A stretch of 63,951 bases of DNA, filler included, from Octopus bimaculoides (lineage: Eukaryota): the NCBI RefSeq assembly GCF_001194135.2. It is 5 parts of 4 records of this genome, joined end to end, with 100 filler letters (N's around TTAATTAATTAA, not from the genome) between each part and the next. Parts side by side here need not be neighbours in the genome. Positions count along the whole stretch, not along the records: positions 1 to 28,138 come from NC_069003.1; 4 more parts are not named here. One strand, given 5' to 3'. Of the stretch, positions 11,484 through 23,673 are shown in pieces. Every line of letters starts with the position of its first letter. Within the stretch, counting starts at the first letter, position 1. The notes below the pieces were generated by a model. That model saw nothing but the letters and a program-made list of their open reading frames with translations. It made no database searches and was not told the origin of the DNA. A program made the translations under genes and the position numbers.

Positions 11484-11866
11484 TCAATACTTCTGTATGA
11501 TATACTTGTGAATAGAAGCGAAGATAAATGGATTAACAATAGAATGGTTCTCAGCAACTGATTCGGGGACAAGGAACAACGGACAGTTAGGATTTTGATC
11601 CATGAAAATACTGAATGCCCAAACTGCAGCTGTCCAAAAACTGCTTGAGAATCTGATAGCGGGTTCAGATATATTCTGAATTCTTGAGGTAAGCTATGTA
11701 AAGGATGAATACCAGAAAGACGGAACTTGGCCGCTTGTTTCAGAAGTTCGTATTGTAATCCTGTCGTATCAAGTTCGTTCTCCATGCGTCGCACTTTGAC
11801 CAATGTGTTCTAGCATAGGATAGAGGTGCTCAGTATTTTGAGAATGAAATTTTGTAACCAGAAACT
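11484..11866 (-). pseudogene. Possible decayed class A GPCR fragment (TM5-ICL3-TM6-TM7)
   Basis: ILSTSILC*NTLVKVRR (TAG where TM5 Tyr is expected), ELLKQAAK then +1 frame SVFLVFILYIAY (TM6-like), then another frame NHSIVNPFIFASIHK (NPxxY-like). Requires one stop and at least two frameshifts. Confidence 0.35.
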
Positions 11867-12029
11867 GTATTGAAATTCGTCGTATACATGCATGCATACA
11901 TGCATACATAAATACATACATGCATACATACATACATACATACATACATACTCACACTTATATACAGAGTGAGAGAAAGAGAGTGAGTGAGAGAGAGTGT
12001 TGAGCGAGACAGAAAGTGTGTGCGCGTGT

Positions 12030-12073
<44 letters not shown>

Positions 12074-12322
12074 NNNNNNNNNNNNNNNNNNNNNNNNNNN
12101 NNNNNNNNNNNNNNNNNNNNNNNNNNNNNNNNNNNNNNNNNNNNNNNNNNNNNNNNNNNNNNNNNNNNNNNNNNNNNNNNNNNNNNNNNNNNNNNNNNNN
12201 NNNNNNNNNNNNNNNNNNNNNNNNNNNNNNNNNNNNNNNNNNNNNNNNNNNNNNNNNNNNNNNNNNNNNNNNNNNNNNNNNNNNNNNNNNNNNNNNNNNN
12301 NNNNNNNNNNNNNNNNNNNNNN

Positions 12323-12680
12323 GTGTGTACTTAATTTATCGACCCCGAAAGGATGAAAGGCAAAATCGACCTCGGCGGAATTTGAACTCAGAATGTAAAA
12401 ACAGACGAAATACCGCTAAGCATTTCGCCCGGTGTGCTAACGATTCTTATTTCTTTACTGCCCACGAAGGGCTACACACAGAGGGGACAAAGAAGGACAG
12501 ACAAAGGGATTAAGTCGATTACATCGACCCCCAGTGCGTAACTGGTACTTAATTTCTCGACCCCGAAAGGATGAAAGGCAAAGTCGACCTCGGCGGAATT
12601 TGAACTCAGAACGTAAAGACAGACGAAATACCGCTAAGCATTTCGCCCGGCGTACTAACTTATCTGCCAGCTCTTCGCCT
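12323..12680 (-). mobile_element. Dimeric tRNA-like SINE, family A
   Basis: Two head-to-tail units (gttagcacgccgggcgaaatgcttagcgg...gagttcaaattccgccgaggtcgactttgcctttcatcctttcggggtcgataaattaagtac). Same layout at 21565 and 48688. Confidence 0.85.
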
Positions 12681-13094
12681 TGATTATTCACTCTGCTAAT
12701 TATTCAAAACACTGGGATCCGGTAATCGTTACGTCGGAAGTCATTTAACAATGAAACCATTAAACGCCATTGCATGATATAAAACTACTAAAACCAATTT
12801 TATGGAACATTTGGACACGTCTTCTGTGATATAAATTCTTCACAGTTATAAAATTAGCACATAACAACTTCATATAAAACAACTCTTCAGATAAAACAGC
12901 TACTTTATTGAATCTCATATATCTGGGATTGCCTGCGAGAATCATAGGAACATTCCCTTCCGACCGAGTTCGGAAAATTCGCCAAAAGAAATTTCGCCTA
13001 ATCGGAATGAAGATTCGCCATGAGACAAATTCGCTGTGTCACAAATTCGCCGTATCGACAAGACTAAAGTGTATTCTTTTATTCTCTTATTCTT

Positions 13095-13525
13095 TTATTC
13101 TTTTGTTCTTTTACTTGTTTCAATCATTTGATTCCGGCCATGCTGGAGTACCACCTTGAAGGGTTTTAGTCAAACAAATCGACCCCAGAACTTATTTTTT
13201 TTAAAGCCGCGTACTTTACTCTATCGGCCGCTTTTGGCAAACCACTAAGTTACGGGGGACAAGTGGTGATGGGGTGGGGGGCACAAACACAGACAAATAG
13301 ACACAAACATAGATATAACACACACACACACACANNNNNNNNNNTATATATATATATATATTTATATATATATAACGGGCTTCTTTCACTTTCCGTCTAC
13401 TAAATCCATTCACAAGGTTTTTGTCGGCCTGAGATCATAGTAGGAGACACTTGCCCAAGTGTAGGACTGAACCCGGGACCATATGGTTTGGAAGAAAGCT
13501 TCTTACTACACAGCCACGCCTGTGT
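13095..13525 (-). mobile_element. tRNA-derived SINE family B with internal (CA)n/(TA)n
   Basis: Matches the full copy at 49120-49665 (B-box ggttcagtcc, cttgggcaagtgtct linker, central microsatellite, 3' ctccagcatggcc...tgactgaaacaagtaaaag). Confidence 0.8.
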
Positions 13526-14231
13526 CTATGAAATATCAGTATTTTTTAAAATATAGAAAAAAAACTGATATAAAGTATTAAATAGGCATATCTTTATTCC
13601 ACATCAAACATTTAAAAAAAAAACGTGATGAGTTTATTTAAAACGGAATTTCCTACGGCGAATATTTCCTACAACAAAAATGTCTACGATGAAATTTCCT
13701 ATAACTCCTTCCGAAAGACTGAAGATAGAAAAAAAAAAAGGAAAATACACCCTTGTTTCTTCCCAAGAAAATGGCATCAATGATGTGCTGTTCTATTTCA
13801 TCATTTCCGACATTTTTGACATCACGCGTGTATATAAATGTTTTTGGTAATCATGTTTATACAACAAATTTTGAAGGAAGTTTTTTTTTTTTATTGTTTT
13901 ATTTTCTAATTCTTAAACAAAATCAAATTTTGCTCCTTTGTTTTGTTTTACAATTAACCCTTATTCTGTAAAACTGTTATTCGATTATTTCCTCCTGCGC
14001 TATATTTATATTTTGTACTCCTATTATATTTAACGAACCATGGAAAAAGGATTGGAGTTAGAAGAAACGATCTGCAGCACAGACCGGTATCATGCAAGAT
14101 AGCTTTTTCCACTGACCAAGGTGGCCAAGTACATAACAAAATACAACAAAGTAACACAAAATTTAATTACTACACATATGATACATATATATCACAAATA
14201 TAATACAAATGTATAACATATATAATGCATA

Positions 14232-14345
14232 TATCCTATTATAAATTTGAGTGATGTTTCTCTGTCCGTTATGTTTGTATGTTCGTTAACTCCTCCTAGA
14301 CCGTTGGTGCGAGGACAACGAAACTCAAACCAGCAACTCCCCTAA
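14232..14345 (+). mobile_element. Possible non-autonomous Helitron/HINE-like 5' segment
   Basis: atcctattataaatttgagtgatgtttctctgtccgttatgtttgtatgttcgttaactcctcc resembles DINE/HINE-type starts; resemblance only. Confidence 0.25.
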
Positions 14346-14580
14346 TCCCAGTTGATCCTGTCTCATCTCATCACTTACAAACTTCTACGGATTCTCTGCT
14401 GGACGTTCTACACTTCAACTGCATCTCTCTTGCCTACGGATTACACTGGACTCCTCTATTGATGAAAAATCGCTCCAATGCACCACGACGTCTGCAGCTT
14501 TTGAACCTTTTGAACTTCTCGTAAAAAATTTTTTTAGCCACTACACATTCTTTTTTTTCTCTCCTTTTTCCTTTCTGTGT

Positions 14581-14620
14581 TCCTTTCTGTGGAAGAGCGT
14601 AGGCTCGAAACGTTAAAAAC
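14581..14620 (+). ncRNA. Minimal hammerhead-ribozyme-like motif (variant core)
   Basis: ctgtgga-a-GAGCgtagGCTC-gaaa-cgt-t: 4-bp stem II, GAAA and palindromic ACGT stem III, but the core reads CUGUGGA instead of CUGANGA. Confidence 0.35.
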
Positions 14621-15399
14621 TTTTTNNNNNNNNNNNNNNNNNNNNNNNNNNNNNNNNNNNNNNNNNNNNNNNNNNNNNNNNNNNNNNNNNNNNNNNNNNN
14701 NNNNNNNNNNNNNNNNNNNNNNNNNNNNNNNNNNNNNNNNNNNNNNNNNNNNNNNNNNNNNNNNNNNNNNNNNNNNNNNNNNNNNNNNNNNNNNNNNNNN
14801 NNNNNNNNNNNNATATATATATATATATATATATATACATACACACGTGTGTGTGTGTGTGTCTGTGTTTGTCCCCTCCACCATCGCTTGACAAACATTG
14901 TTGGTGTGTTTCCACAAATCATATGTTGCCTGTGACTATTATCCTCATGAATAGGATGATTACAATATCATTTGCAATATCCATGGATATTACAAATTAT
15001 AATATTGCAGATTATAGTCACAAACAACATGTGATATATGGAAACGCGCGTAGCGATGCATTAAAGTATTACAAGCATATGTATAAATACATACATACAT
15101 ACACACGCACATACATATACGCACACACATATATATGTATATACTCATATACACACACACACATATATATGTATATATATACATGCACACACACACACAC
15201 ACAAACATATGTATAAATACATATATGCATACACACACATGCACACACACTCATATTTTGAATCGTATTCTTCTTGTTTATATCACCAAACACACATACA
15301 CACACACGTGTGTGTGTATCAACAAATTCCCCGACAAAATCTGATTTACAAAGAGGGGAAAGTGTGTATGGCACTTCTAGAAGATAAAGCTTGTAAGTC

Positions 15400-15460
15400 C
15401 GATGTGACCGACTGATCGATGTGACCGACTGATCGATGTGACTGACTGATCGATGTGATC
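15400..15460. repeat. 17-bp tandem repeat (cgatgtgaccgactgat) x~3.5
   Basis: Directly visible. Confidence 0.9.
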
Positions 15461-15901
15461 ATATTGACGATCGATCTGATTTGGCCGAAACCCTGTCTAA
15501 ACACCTGCAAATGAATAATTGCACGAAAAAAACATCAAGTGGAAGGGAACTGAGGTCTGATCTGAATGCTCGCAACGAGGGCGGGCTCCGCTAACGACAA
15601 ATAGATGGTTTAATGGTTTTAAATTAAAACCTTTGTTATCGTGGATCTATTTAAAATCATGTTTATGAATTTTCAAAAAAATAATTCGGCTGTGTATTTA
15701 TGCTTTTAAGTAAATTTTTCTCCATTTGGAATTGTTGTTATTTTTCTATTTCTCTTTTTTTTCATCGTTTTTTTTCCTTTTTTTTTATTCATGATAAATG
15801 ACATTTTTTGTGCAGATTAGAAAACTGCTAAATTATGGAAATGAAATAAAAGCAAAAATAATTATAACATCAATTTTCATTGTTTCCAAACTTATTTTTT
15901 T

Positions 15902-15902
<1 letters not shown>

Positions 15903-15982
<80 letters not shown>

Positions 15983-15990
15983 CACTACTA
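15903..15990. repeat. (CTA)n/(CCA)n microsatellite
   Basis: Directly visible. Confidence 0.95.
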
Positions 15991-16035
15991 TCACCAGTCG
16001 TGAGCCGAATACTCTAACCAATAAGCCACGTACAA

Positions 16036-16285
16036 TTATTCTTTTATTCTTTTACTCGTTCAGTCATTTGACTGCGTCCATGCTTAAAGGGTGTTAGTCA
16101 AAGAAATCGGCCCCAGGACTTATTTTTTGTAAGTTTACATCACCATAAACTAGCGGTTCAGCAAAAGAGACCGATAGAATGAGTACCAAGCTTAAAACAG
16201 TAAGAACTGAGGTCGATTCGTTCGACTAGAAACCCTTCCAAGCGATGCCCCAGCATGGCCACAGTCTAATGGCTGAAACGTCAAG
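16036..16285. mobile_element. Two SINE family B 3' halves in opposite orientation
   Basis: 16036-16130 is the minus-strand 3' end (cagtcatttgactgcgtccatgc). 16140-16285 is the plus-strand 3' half (gcaaaagagaccgatagaat...ccccagcatggccacagtctaatggctgaaac). Confidence 0.7.
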
Positions 16286-16690
16286 TGAACATCAAAGCAG
16301 TGTCTTCTCCGATGCAGCTCTTCGCAAGAATGCGGATAAGCAGAGCCAAGGAATGTCAGCTAATTCAAAAACGCCCAGCAAAAATTCCAATGCCAGAGAG
16401 ACAAATGCTATCTGGCTTAAATCAAAGATTAACAAGAAGGGCGTAACGCTTGAATCAAACGAATATCTTATACTGATCAGCAAAGGTAAAAAAAAAGAAA
16501 AAGGAAAGATCTTCGAAAATTATTCGACGAAAGCAATGTAGCATGTTTCTACAGCCGTTTCAATGAAAATATAGTCTTGTTTTATAACTACAGAACCCTG
16601 CAAAATAAAACAAAAATAAAATAAGCAAAACAGCAAGTAATAAAAATTTCTGTAAGAGATGCAAGCAGTAACTGTACTGGCAAGTAATGC

Positions 16691-17075
16691 TTGTCGTCAC
16701 TTCAACGTGGCTGTCCCGTAAGAGCGGAAGTTACTGCGATTTTTTAACCCCAAGAGGACATCTCTTCTAGGTGGTTAACGATGCTACCTGCATCCGATAT
16801 ATTGTTGCAAGATCAGCGACTGAATGTCGCTTGAATTTTCATATATTGCAAACTTGAGCAAACTACTGCCATCTCTAGCAGACAAGGTGTCCAACACTGA
16901 GGAAGAGCAGAAATAGCTCGAAACCAGGCTGGTCTGCAGGTCCTGTCGCTAGAAGATGGTAGGGGTTTGCTTCCCCGCTTACATCGTTTACCAGCTGGAG
17001 GAGATGTTCTCTTGGAGTTAAAAAAATCGTAGTAACGTCTGTTCTAACGGAACAGCCACGTTAAAGTGGCGACAA
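16691..17075. mobile_element. 385-bp MITE with ~90-bp imperfect TIRs
   Basis: Left end ttgtcgtcacttcaacgtggctgtcccgtaagagcggaagttactgcgatttttttaaccccaagaggacatctc; right end reverse complement ttgtcgccactttaacgtggctgttccgttagaacagacgttactacgatttttttaactccaagagaacatctc. Confidence 0.8.
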
Positions 17076-17700
17076 AGATAAAATAATTATAATTATCCAA
17101 ACACGTTGGCAAAGTACCTGTTAATGAAGAACTGCGTCTTGCATCAGGCCATTAGAATCGAAAACAGAATCACCACTACTGCATTTGACATTGGCTGAAT
17201 TGAAAATTAATTTCAAAGTTGATTATGCTATAATTATGATATTGTGACGGAAAGCAAAAGAAGTTTTCATGTACTTGTGTCTTAGCATTTTTAAGAAAAT
17301 TTTCCGTGAGAAATATTTTTGGTAATAAAAATTATGATCAAACGGAGAATATCTCCTGAAAATATCACGGCAATTATCAGACTTATCATCAACTTTAGCA
17401 TTTCTGAGATGTTTTTAAATTAAGAAAATTTATTAATTATAACTAAGCTTGAAGGTGACTTAGAGCAAGAAGTCAGAATAAATAAAAGGCAAAATAAAGG
17501 AGGAAAGAGTTAAAGTAAAGAGAAACGAAAGGAAGAAAGGAAGAAAGAAAAAACGGAAGAAGAATTTAAGAAAGAAAAAAAGATCAAGAACAAAAAGCAA
17601 GGAAAGAAAATTTTTAAACAAACGTTCGGTGGATAAATTTTTCTTAAGATTCACTCCATAAAAATAGGCAAAAACATTATCGGATTTAATATGGGTATCT

Positions 17701-17965
17701 CCAGTGCTGAAGGTTAAATTTCCTCTCGTTCATACAGGTTTTGAAATGCTCTGATTTAGTATTCAAATATACTTCTGACAAGCGAGAATTCTTGGAGATC
17801 AGGCACTTCTCTGCGGTGCAGAGGCTACATTCTCTGATAGCGTTCAGTTTGGGCTTACATTTTTCGACAACTTTTCAGCTGAGATCGTAAGTCGCCGCTT
17901 TTTTGTTTTCAGGACCCGAAAATAGTTGGAATGTTCCATTATGCATTTTCTGAAGGACGAAATGA
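17701..17965 (-). mobile_element. Penelope-like GIY-YIG C-terminal fragment
   Basis: NKKAATYDLS*KVVEKCKPKLNAIRECSLCTAEKCLI...LNTKSEHFKTCMNERKF, the same CxLC..EK...LN.RSE...C.H terminus as at 100-760 and 33470-33735. Confidence 0.75.
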
Positions 17966-18007
17966 GGATAATAATTTTTTTTTTCTTGAAGACCCTTTTG
18001 CTATATA

Positions 18008-18224
18008 CGAGAGGGTGCTGAAAAGTTCCTGGCCTTGGGTAAAAGTAAGTACAAAAGGGTGATTTGATTATGATTTTATTGATCATATTCGCCTCTCAGA
18101 TTCACACACTTATTGCAGTGGTCCTTCAGTTTTTCTAAGCCCTGCGAAAGAACTGGGAAAATTGGGCATCCAACCAGGCCTTTCGCGATACCCTTAAAGC
18201 TAGGAACTTCTCAGCGTCCCCTCG
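18008..18224. mobile_element. 217-bp Tc1/mariner-derived MITE with TA target duplication
   Basis: TA|cgagagggtgctgaaaagttcctggc ... gctaggaacttctcagcgtcccctcg|TA. Confidence 0.85.
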
Positions 18225-18849
18225 TAGATTTAACACTTTAGGCTGCTGCCATCGTTCATGTACTTAGATTTAACCTCTGCCTCACCGATGATAACGTCTG
18301 CATTGCAAGGCTCATCAAGTAAGCACAGGACAAAAGTTCTTGATGAGTATCAAACGATCGGTTGTACTTATGAGATATACTCTATTTAATATTGGTTGTA
18401 CTACTGAAATTGACCCTAAGTACATGAGTATTTATCAAAACTATCTTATAACTATGACTGTGGAGAAAATGCCTATTAGCATATCTAAGGAAGCCTTCAC
18501 TTATACAAAACTTAGTCAACGGAAAGCTCTACCTATGACTCTCTTTACGTTCTTCCGTTTTTTTCTTTCCTCTCTTTCATCTCCAATTTTATATTTTTTT
18601 TCTGACTTCCTACTCTGAGCCACTTTTCATTCTAACGATAATTGTTTGCGTAATTTATAGTCTAGGAGATACTAAGGCTGAGATGATAATGTTTTGGCAA
18701 TTTTTCTGAAGATATTAACCCTCTAATCATTAATTTTATGACCAAAATATATTTCAAGAAATTTTTTTTTCTCGCTTGCTCTTAACAGTTGTAAATTGCT
18801 TACTATTTTGTTGATAATAGTGTTACTGTGTGACTTCACAGATTACGCG

Positions 18850-19195
18850 TTGGATCAACCAAAGATGGCTTTCCGTCGGTTGCGACGACGAGGGCTTCCG
18901 GTTAATTCGTTCAACGGAACAGCTTGCTCATGAAATTAACGTGCAAATGGGTGAAAAAGTCACAGACACGCGTATCCTTAACATAATTCTCAGGGAGATT
19001 CAGCGTGACACAAAATGTGACAAGCTTGGCTCTGTTGAATTACAGGTACTACTCATTTTGTTTCCCAGCTGAATAGACTGGAATAGCGTGAAATAAAGTG
19101 TTTTGCACAAGGACACAACACGCAATCGTGGATTGAACTCACAACCTTACGAATGTGAGCCGAATGCCCTAACCACTAAGCTGCGAGCCTGCACA
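18850..19195 (-). mobile_element. tRNA-derived SINE family C, near full length
   Basis: Head tagtggttagggcattcggc...gagttcaatcc, linker ttgtgtccttgtgcaaaacactttatttcac, shared body with 3965 and 54460. Confidence 0.8.
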
Positions 19196-19361
19196 ACATG
19201 AAGATAGAAACCATTACTTCTTGCTGAATACCAAACACCCTAAACTAATTTACACTCACCATTTGCACTCACTATTTGCACAAATAATTGTTTTTAATTA
19301 CAGGTAAATAAATAGATACGAGCAGACACGTTGTTCGATAAACGGAAAGTCTAGAGCTTAT

Positions 19362-19690
19362 TCTATCGGTCTCTTTTGCCGAACGGCTAATTTACGGGGA
19401 CATAAACACACCAGCACCGATTGTCAAGCGATGGCAGGGGTACACACACACACACGCACACACACACACACACATAAATACGACAGGCTTCTTTCAGTTT
19501 CCGTCTACCAAATCTGCTGATAAGGCTCTGGTCGGCCTGAGGCCATAGTAGAAGGCAATTTCCGAAGCTGCTACACACTAGGACTCAACCCTACCACTTC
19601 ACAACCGGTGTAGGTTTGTTCACGTCTCCGCAACTTAGCGGTTTGGCTTAAGAGGCCGATAGAATAAATACCAGAATTTAAAAAAGGAGA
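19362..19690. mobile_element. SINE family B copy (-, 19362-19578) abutting a second 3' fragment (+, 19590-19690)
   Basis: Similarity to 49120-49665. Confidence 0.7.
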
Positions 19691-20201
19691 NNNNNNNNNN
19701 NNNNNNNNNNNNNNNNNNNNNNNNNNNNNNNNNNNNNNNNNNNNNNNNNNNNNNNNNNNNNNNNNNNNNNNNNNNNNNNNNNNNNNNNNNNNNNNNNNNN
19801 NNNNNNNNNNNNNNNNNNNNNNNNNNNNNNNNNNNNNNNNNNNNNNNNNNNNNNNNNNNNNNNNNNNNNNNNNNNNNNNNNNNNNNNNNNNNNNNNNNNN
19901 NNNNNNNNNNNNNNNNNNNNNNNNNNNNNNNNNNNNNNNNNNNNNNNNNNNNNNNNNNNNNNNNNNNNNNNNNNNNNNNNNNNNNNNNNNNNNNNNNNNN
20001 NNNNNNNNNNNNNNNNNNNNNNNNNNNNNNNNNNNNNNNNNNNNNNNNNNNNNNNNNNNNNNNNNNNNNNNNNNNNNNNNNNNNNNNNNNNNNNNNNNNN
20101 NNNNNNNNNNNNNNNNNNNNNNNNNNNNNNNNNNNNNNNNNNNNNNNNNNNNNNNNNNNNNNNNNNNNNNNNNNNNNNNNNNNNNNNNNNNNNNNNNNNN
20201 N

Positions 20202-20205
20202 GATG

Positions 20206-20239
<34 letters not shown>

Positions 20240-20247
20240 TAATAACA

Positions 20248-20293
<46 letters not shown>

Positions 20294-20298
20294 TAACA

Positions 20299-20350
<52 letters not shown>

Positions 20351-20355
20351 TAATA

Positions 20356-20390
<35 letters not shown>

Positions 20391-20394
20391 AATG

Positions 20395-20431
<37 letters not shown>
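20202..20431. repeat. Compound (AAT)n/(GAT)n microsatellite with recurring gataacagt interruptions
   Basis: Directly visible. Confidence 0.95.
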
Positions 20432-20433
<2 letters not shown>

Positions 20434-20539
20434 GATAAAATCGAAAACGTTTTAAATATTTTAGGAAATTCTTTGAAATGAAGCTCAAGTAAGATTGATT
20501 GTTGTTGAGAACGAATGAAAATGGTGAGAAGAAATGTTT

Positions 20540-20592
<53 letters not shown>

Positions 20593-21564
20593 NNNNNNNN
20601 NNNNNNNNNNNNNNNNNNNNNNNNNNNNNNNNNNNNNNNNNNNNNNNNNNNNNNNNNNNNNNNNNNNNNNNNNNNNNNNNNNNNNNNNNNNNNNNNNNNN
20701 NNNNNNNNNNNNNNNNNNNNNNNNNNNNNNNNNNNNNNNNNNNNNNNNNNNNNNNNNNNNNNNNNNNNNNNNNNNNNNNNNNNNNNNNNNNNNNNNNNNN
20801 NNNNNNNNNNNNNNNNNNNNNNNNNNNNNNNNNNNNNNNNNNNNNNNNNNNNNNNNNNNNNNNNNNNNNNNNNNNNNNNNNNNNNNNNNNNNNNNNNNNN
20901 NNNNNNNNNNNNNNNNNNNNNNNNNNNNNNNNNNNNNNNNNNNNNNNNNNNNNNNNNNNNNNNNNNNNNNNNNNNNNNNNNNNNNNNNNNNNNNNNNNNN
21001 NNNNNNNNNNNNNNNNNNNNNNNNNNNNNNNNNNNNNNNNNNNNNNNNNNNNNNNNNNNNNNNNNNNNNNNNNNNNNNNNNNNNNNNNNNNNNNNNNNNN
21101 NNNNNNNNNNNNNNNNNNNNNNNNNNNNNNNNNNNNNNNNNNNNNNNNNNNNNNNNNNNNNNNNNNNNNNNNNNNNNNNNNNNNNNNNNNNNNNNNNNNN
21201 NNNNNNNNNNNNNNNNNNNNNNNNNNNNNNNNNNNNNNNNNNNNNNNNNNNNNNNNNNNNNNNNNNNNNNNNNNNNNNNNNNNNNNNNNNNNNNNNNNNN
21301 NNNNNNNNNNNNNNNNNNNNNNNNNNCGTGTGTGTGTGTGTGTGGGGGGGTAGAAGTGAGGTGAGCAAAAACGACTAAGATGAATGATGGAGTATGACAG
21401 AGTGAAAGTGTTGAACGAGGACCTTTGCAATAACAACAAAAATGAGAAGCGCGGGTTGACTGCTAAGTGGTGAGAGTTTTTGGGAATATGACGGTTTGTA
21501 TAAGAGAGAGGGAGGAAATGGTGGTGGCCTTGTGGAGAGAGACAGAGAGAATTATGATATAGCA

Positions 21565-21813
21565 AGTACCAGTTACGCACTGAGATCAATGCAGTCGACT
21601 TAACCCCTTTGTCTGTCCTTGTTTGTCCCTTCTATGTTTAGCCCCTTGTGGGAAATAAAGAAATAAGAAACGTTAGCACGCTGGGCAAAATGCTTAGCGG
21701 TATTTCATCCGACTTTACGTTCTGAGTTCAAATTCCGCCGAGGTCGACTTTGCCTTTCATCCTTTCCGGGTCGATAGATTAAGTACCAGTTGTGTACTGG
21801 GGTCGATCTAATC
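21565..21813 (+). mobile_element. Dimeric SINE family A, 5'-truncated
   Basis: End of unit 1, linker gtgggaaataaagaaataagaaacgttagcacg, then unit 2. Confidence 0.8.
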
Positions 21814-22734
21814 NNNNNNNNNNNNNNNNNNNNNNNNNNNNNNNNNNNNNNNNNNNNNNNNNNNNNNNNNNNNNNNNNNNNNNNNNNNNNNNNNNNNNNN
21901 NNNNNNNNNNNNNNNNNNNNNNNNNNNNNNNNNNNNNNNNNNNNNNNNNNNNNNNNNNNNNNNNNNNNNNNNNNNNNNNNNNNNNNNNNNNNNNNNNNNN
22001 NNNNNNNNNNNNNNNNNNNNNNNNNNNNNNNNNNNNNNNNNNNNNNNNNNNNNNNNNNNNNNNNNNNNNNNNNNNNNNNNNNNNNNNNNNNNNNNNNNNN
22101 NNNNNNNNNNNNNNNNNNNNNNNNNNNNNNNNNNNNNNNNNNNNNNNNNNNNNNNNNNNNNNNNNNNNNNNNNNNNNNNNNNNNNNNNNNNNNNNNNNNN
22201 NNNNNNNNNNNNNNNNNNNNNNNNNNNNNNNNNNNNNNNNNNNNNNNNNNNNNNNNNNNNNNNNNNNNNNNNNNNNNNNNNNNNNNNNNNNNNNNNNNNN
22301 NNNNNNNNNNNNNNNNNNNNNNNNNNNNNNNNNNNNNNNNNNNNNNNNNNNNNNNNNNNNNNNNNNNNNNNNNNNNNNNNNNNNNNNNNNNNNNNNNNNN
22401 NNNNNNNNNNNNNNNNNNNNNNNNNNNNNNNNNNNNNNNNNNNNNNNNNNNNNNNNNNNNNNNNNNNNNNNNNNNNNNNNNNNNNNNNNNNNNNNNNNNN
22501 NNNNNNNNNNNNNNNNNNNNNNNNNNNNNNNNNNNNNNNNNNNNNNNNNNNNNNNNNNNNNNNNNNNNNNNNNNNNNNNNNNNNNNNNNNNNNNNNNNNN
22601 NNNNNNNNNNNNNNNNNNNNNNNNNNNNNNNNNNNNNNNNNNNNNNNNNNNNNNNNNNNNNNNNNNNNNNNNGCAAGAAAGAGTCCAGTTTGATATTTTA
22701 GGTGACAAGTAGTTTCAAGTATTGGCACAAGACC

Positions 22735-22925
22735 TGAAATTTCGAGGAGAGGGCTGATCGAATACATTGATCCCCAGTGCGTAATGGCACTTATTTTATC
22801 GATTCCGAAATAATAAAAGGCAAAGTCGACTTCAGCGGAACTTGAACGCAGAACGTAAAGGATTATCTAAGGCGGTGGGCTGGCAGAATCGTTAGCACGC
22901 TGGGCAAAATCGTAAGCAGCATTTG
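22735..22925. mobile_element. Two diverged SINE family A fragments, head to head
   Basis: Minus-strand body (aaggcaaagtcgacttcagcggaacttgaacgcagaacgtaaag) followed by plus-strand head (aaggcggtgggctggcagaatcgttagcacg). Confidence 0.65.
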
Positions 22926-23474
22926 TTCTTCGCATTAATTTGCTGAAATTTACTTGTAAAATATTAACAATTTTTTGTTATGCAGCTGTAGATGATTTTT
23001 AGTATCTTCTATTGAACAGATTAAGCTATTCTTAGCTTGCTGGCAAATGTTCAATATCAAACACTAAGACATCCTTGGCTTTGCAATTGATATTACGTTT
23101 TGATTTAAAGGTCGAGCGCATGAAATGGTATTTCATTTTTAGAGTCTGTCAGGCTGTTGTTAGTGCGTGGGTAAGGATTTAATCCTTTGCTTAAAACCAC
23201 TTCATCCTTCAACTAAATTAATTAGATAAAAAAAAAACAGATACACGAAGAGGAAAATTAACAGATGCCTAAATTCATTCGGTTCAAAGAGTTTGTAATT
23301 TTTATATACTTTATTGTAGAGCAGCATTACACACGCATTCGCCATCACACAAACGCGTATGATTTATTTATTTTCCATTACACGTGTTTCATTTGCTAAT
23401 AGGAATTACAAAGATTTACATGTTAGATAGAGATGTAAAGAATTTCCTATTAGAAAAAATACGTCAGACAGAGG

Positions 23475-23506
<32 letters not shown>

Positions 23507-23620
23507 GTCTGTGTGTGTGTGTGTGTGGAGAGAAAGAGAGACAGACAGAGAGATAGTTAGATAAAGAGAGACAGGCAGACAGACAGAGACAGAGACAGAT
23601 GGGGAAAGTGGGAGAAAGAA

Positions 23621-23673
<53 letters not shown>

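Noticed and set aside
15400-15460. Short direct repeats considered as CRISPR-like
   Set aside because: Contiguous 17-bp tandem units with no spacers in eukaryotic DNA; an ordinary minisatellite
16245-16541. 98-aa ORF with ordinary composition
   Set aside because: The start lies in a SINE tail, no domain is recognisable, and the splice context is unconvincing
18380-18470. Minus-strand MYLGSIS, like the RTE F.YLGS motif
   Set aside because: Single short motif; surrounding residues do not fit
23030-23095. QTLRHPWL resembling the kinase C-terminal L.HPW motif
   Set aside because: Bounded by stops, lacks the preceding P..R.T motif, and no other kinase motifs are nearby
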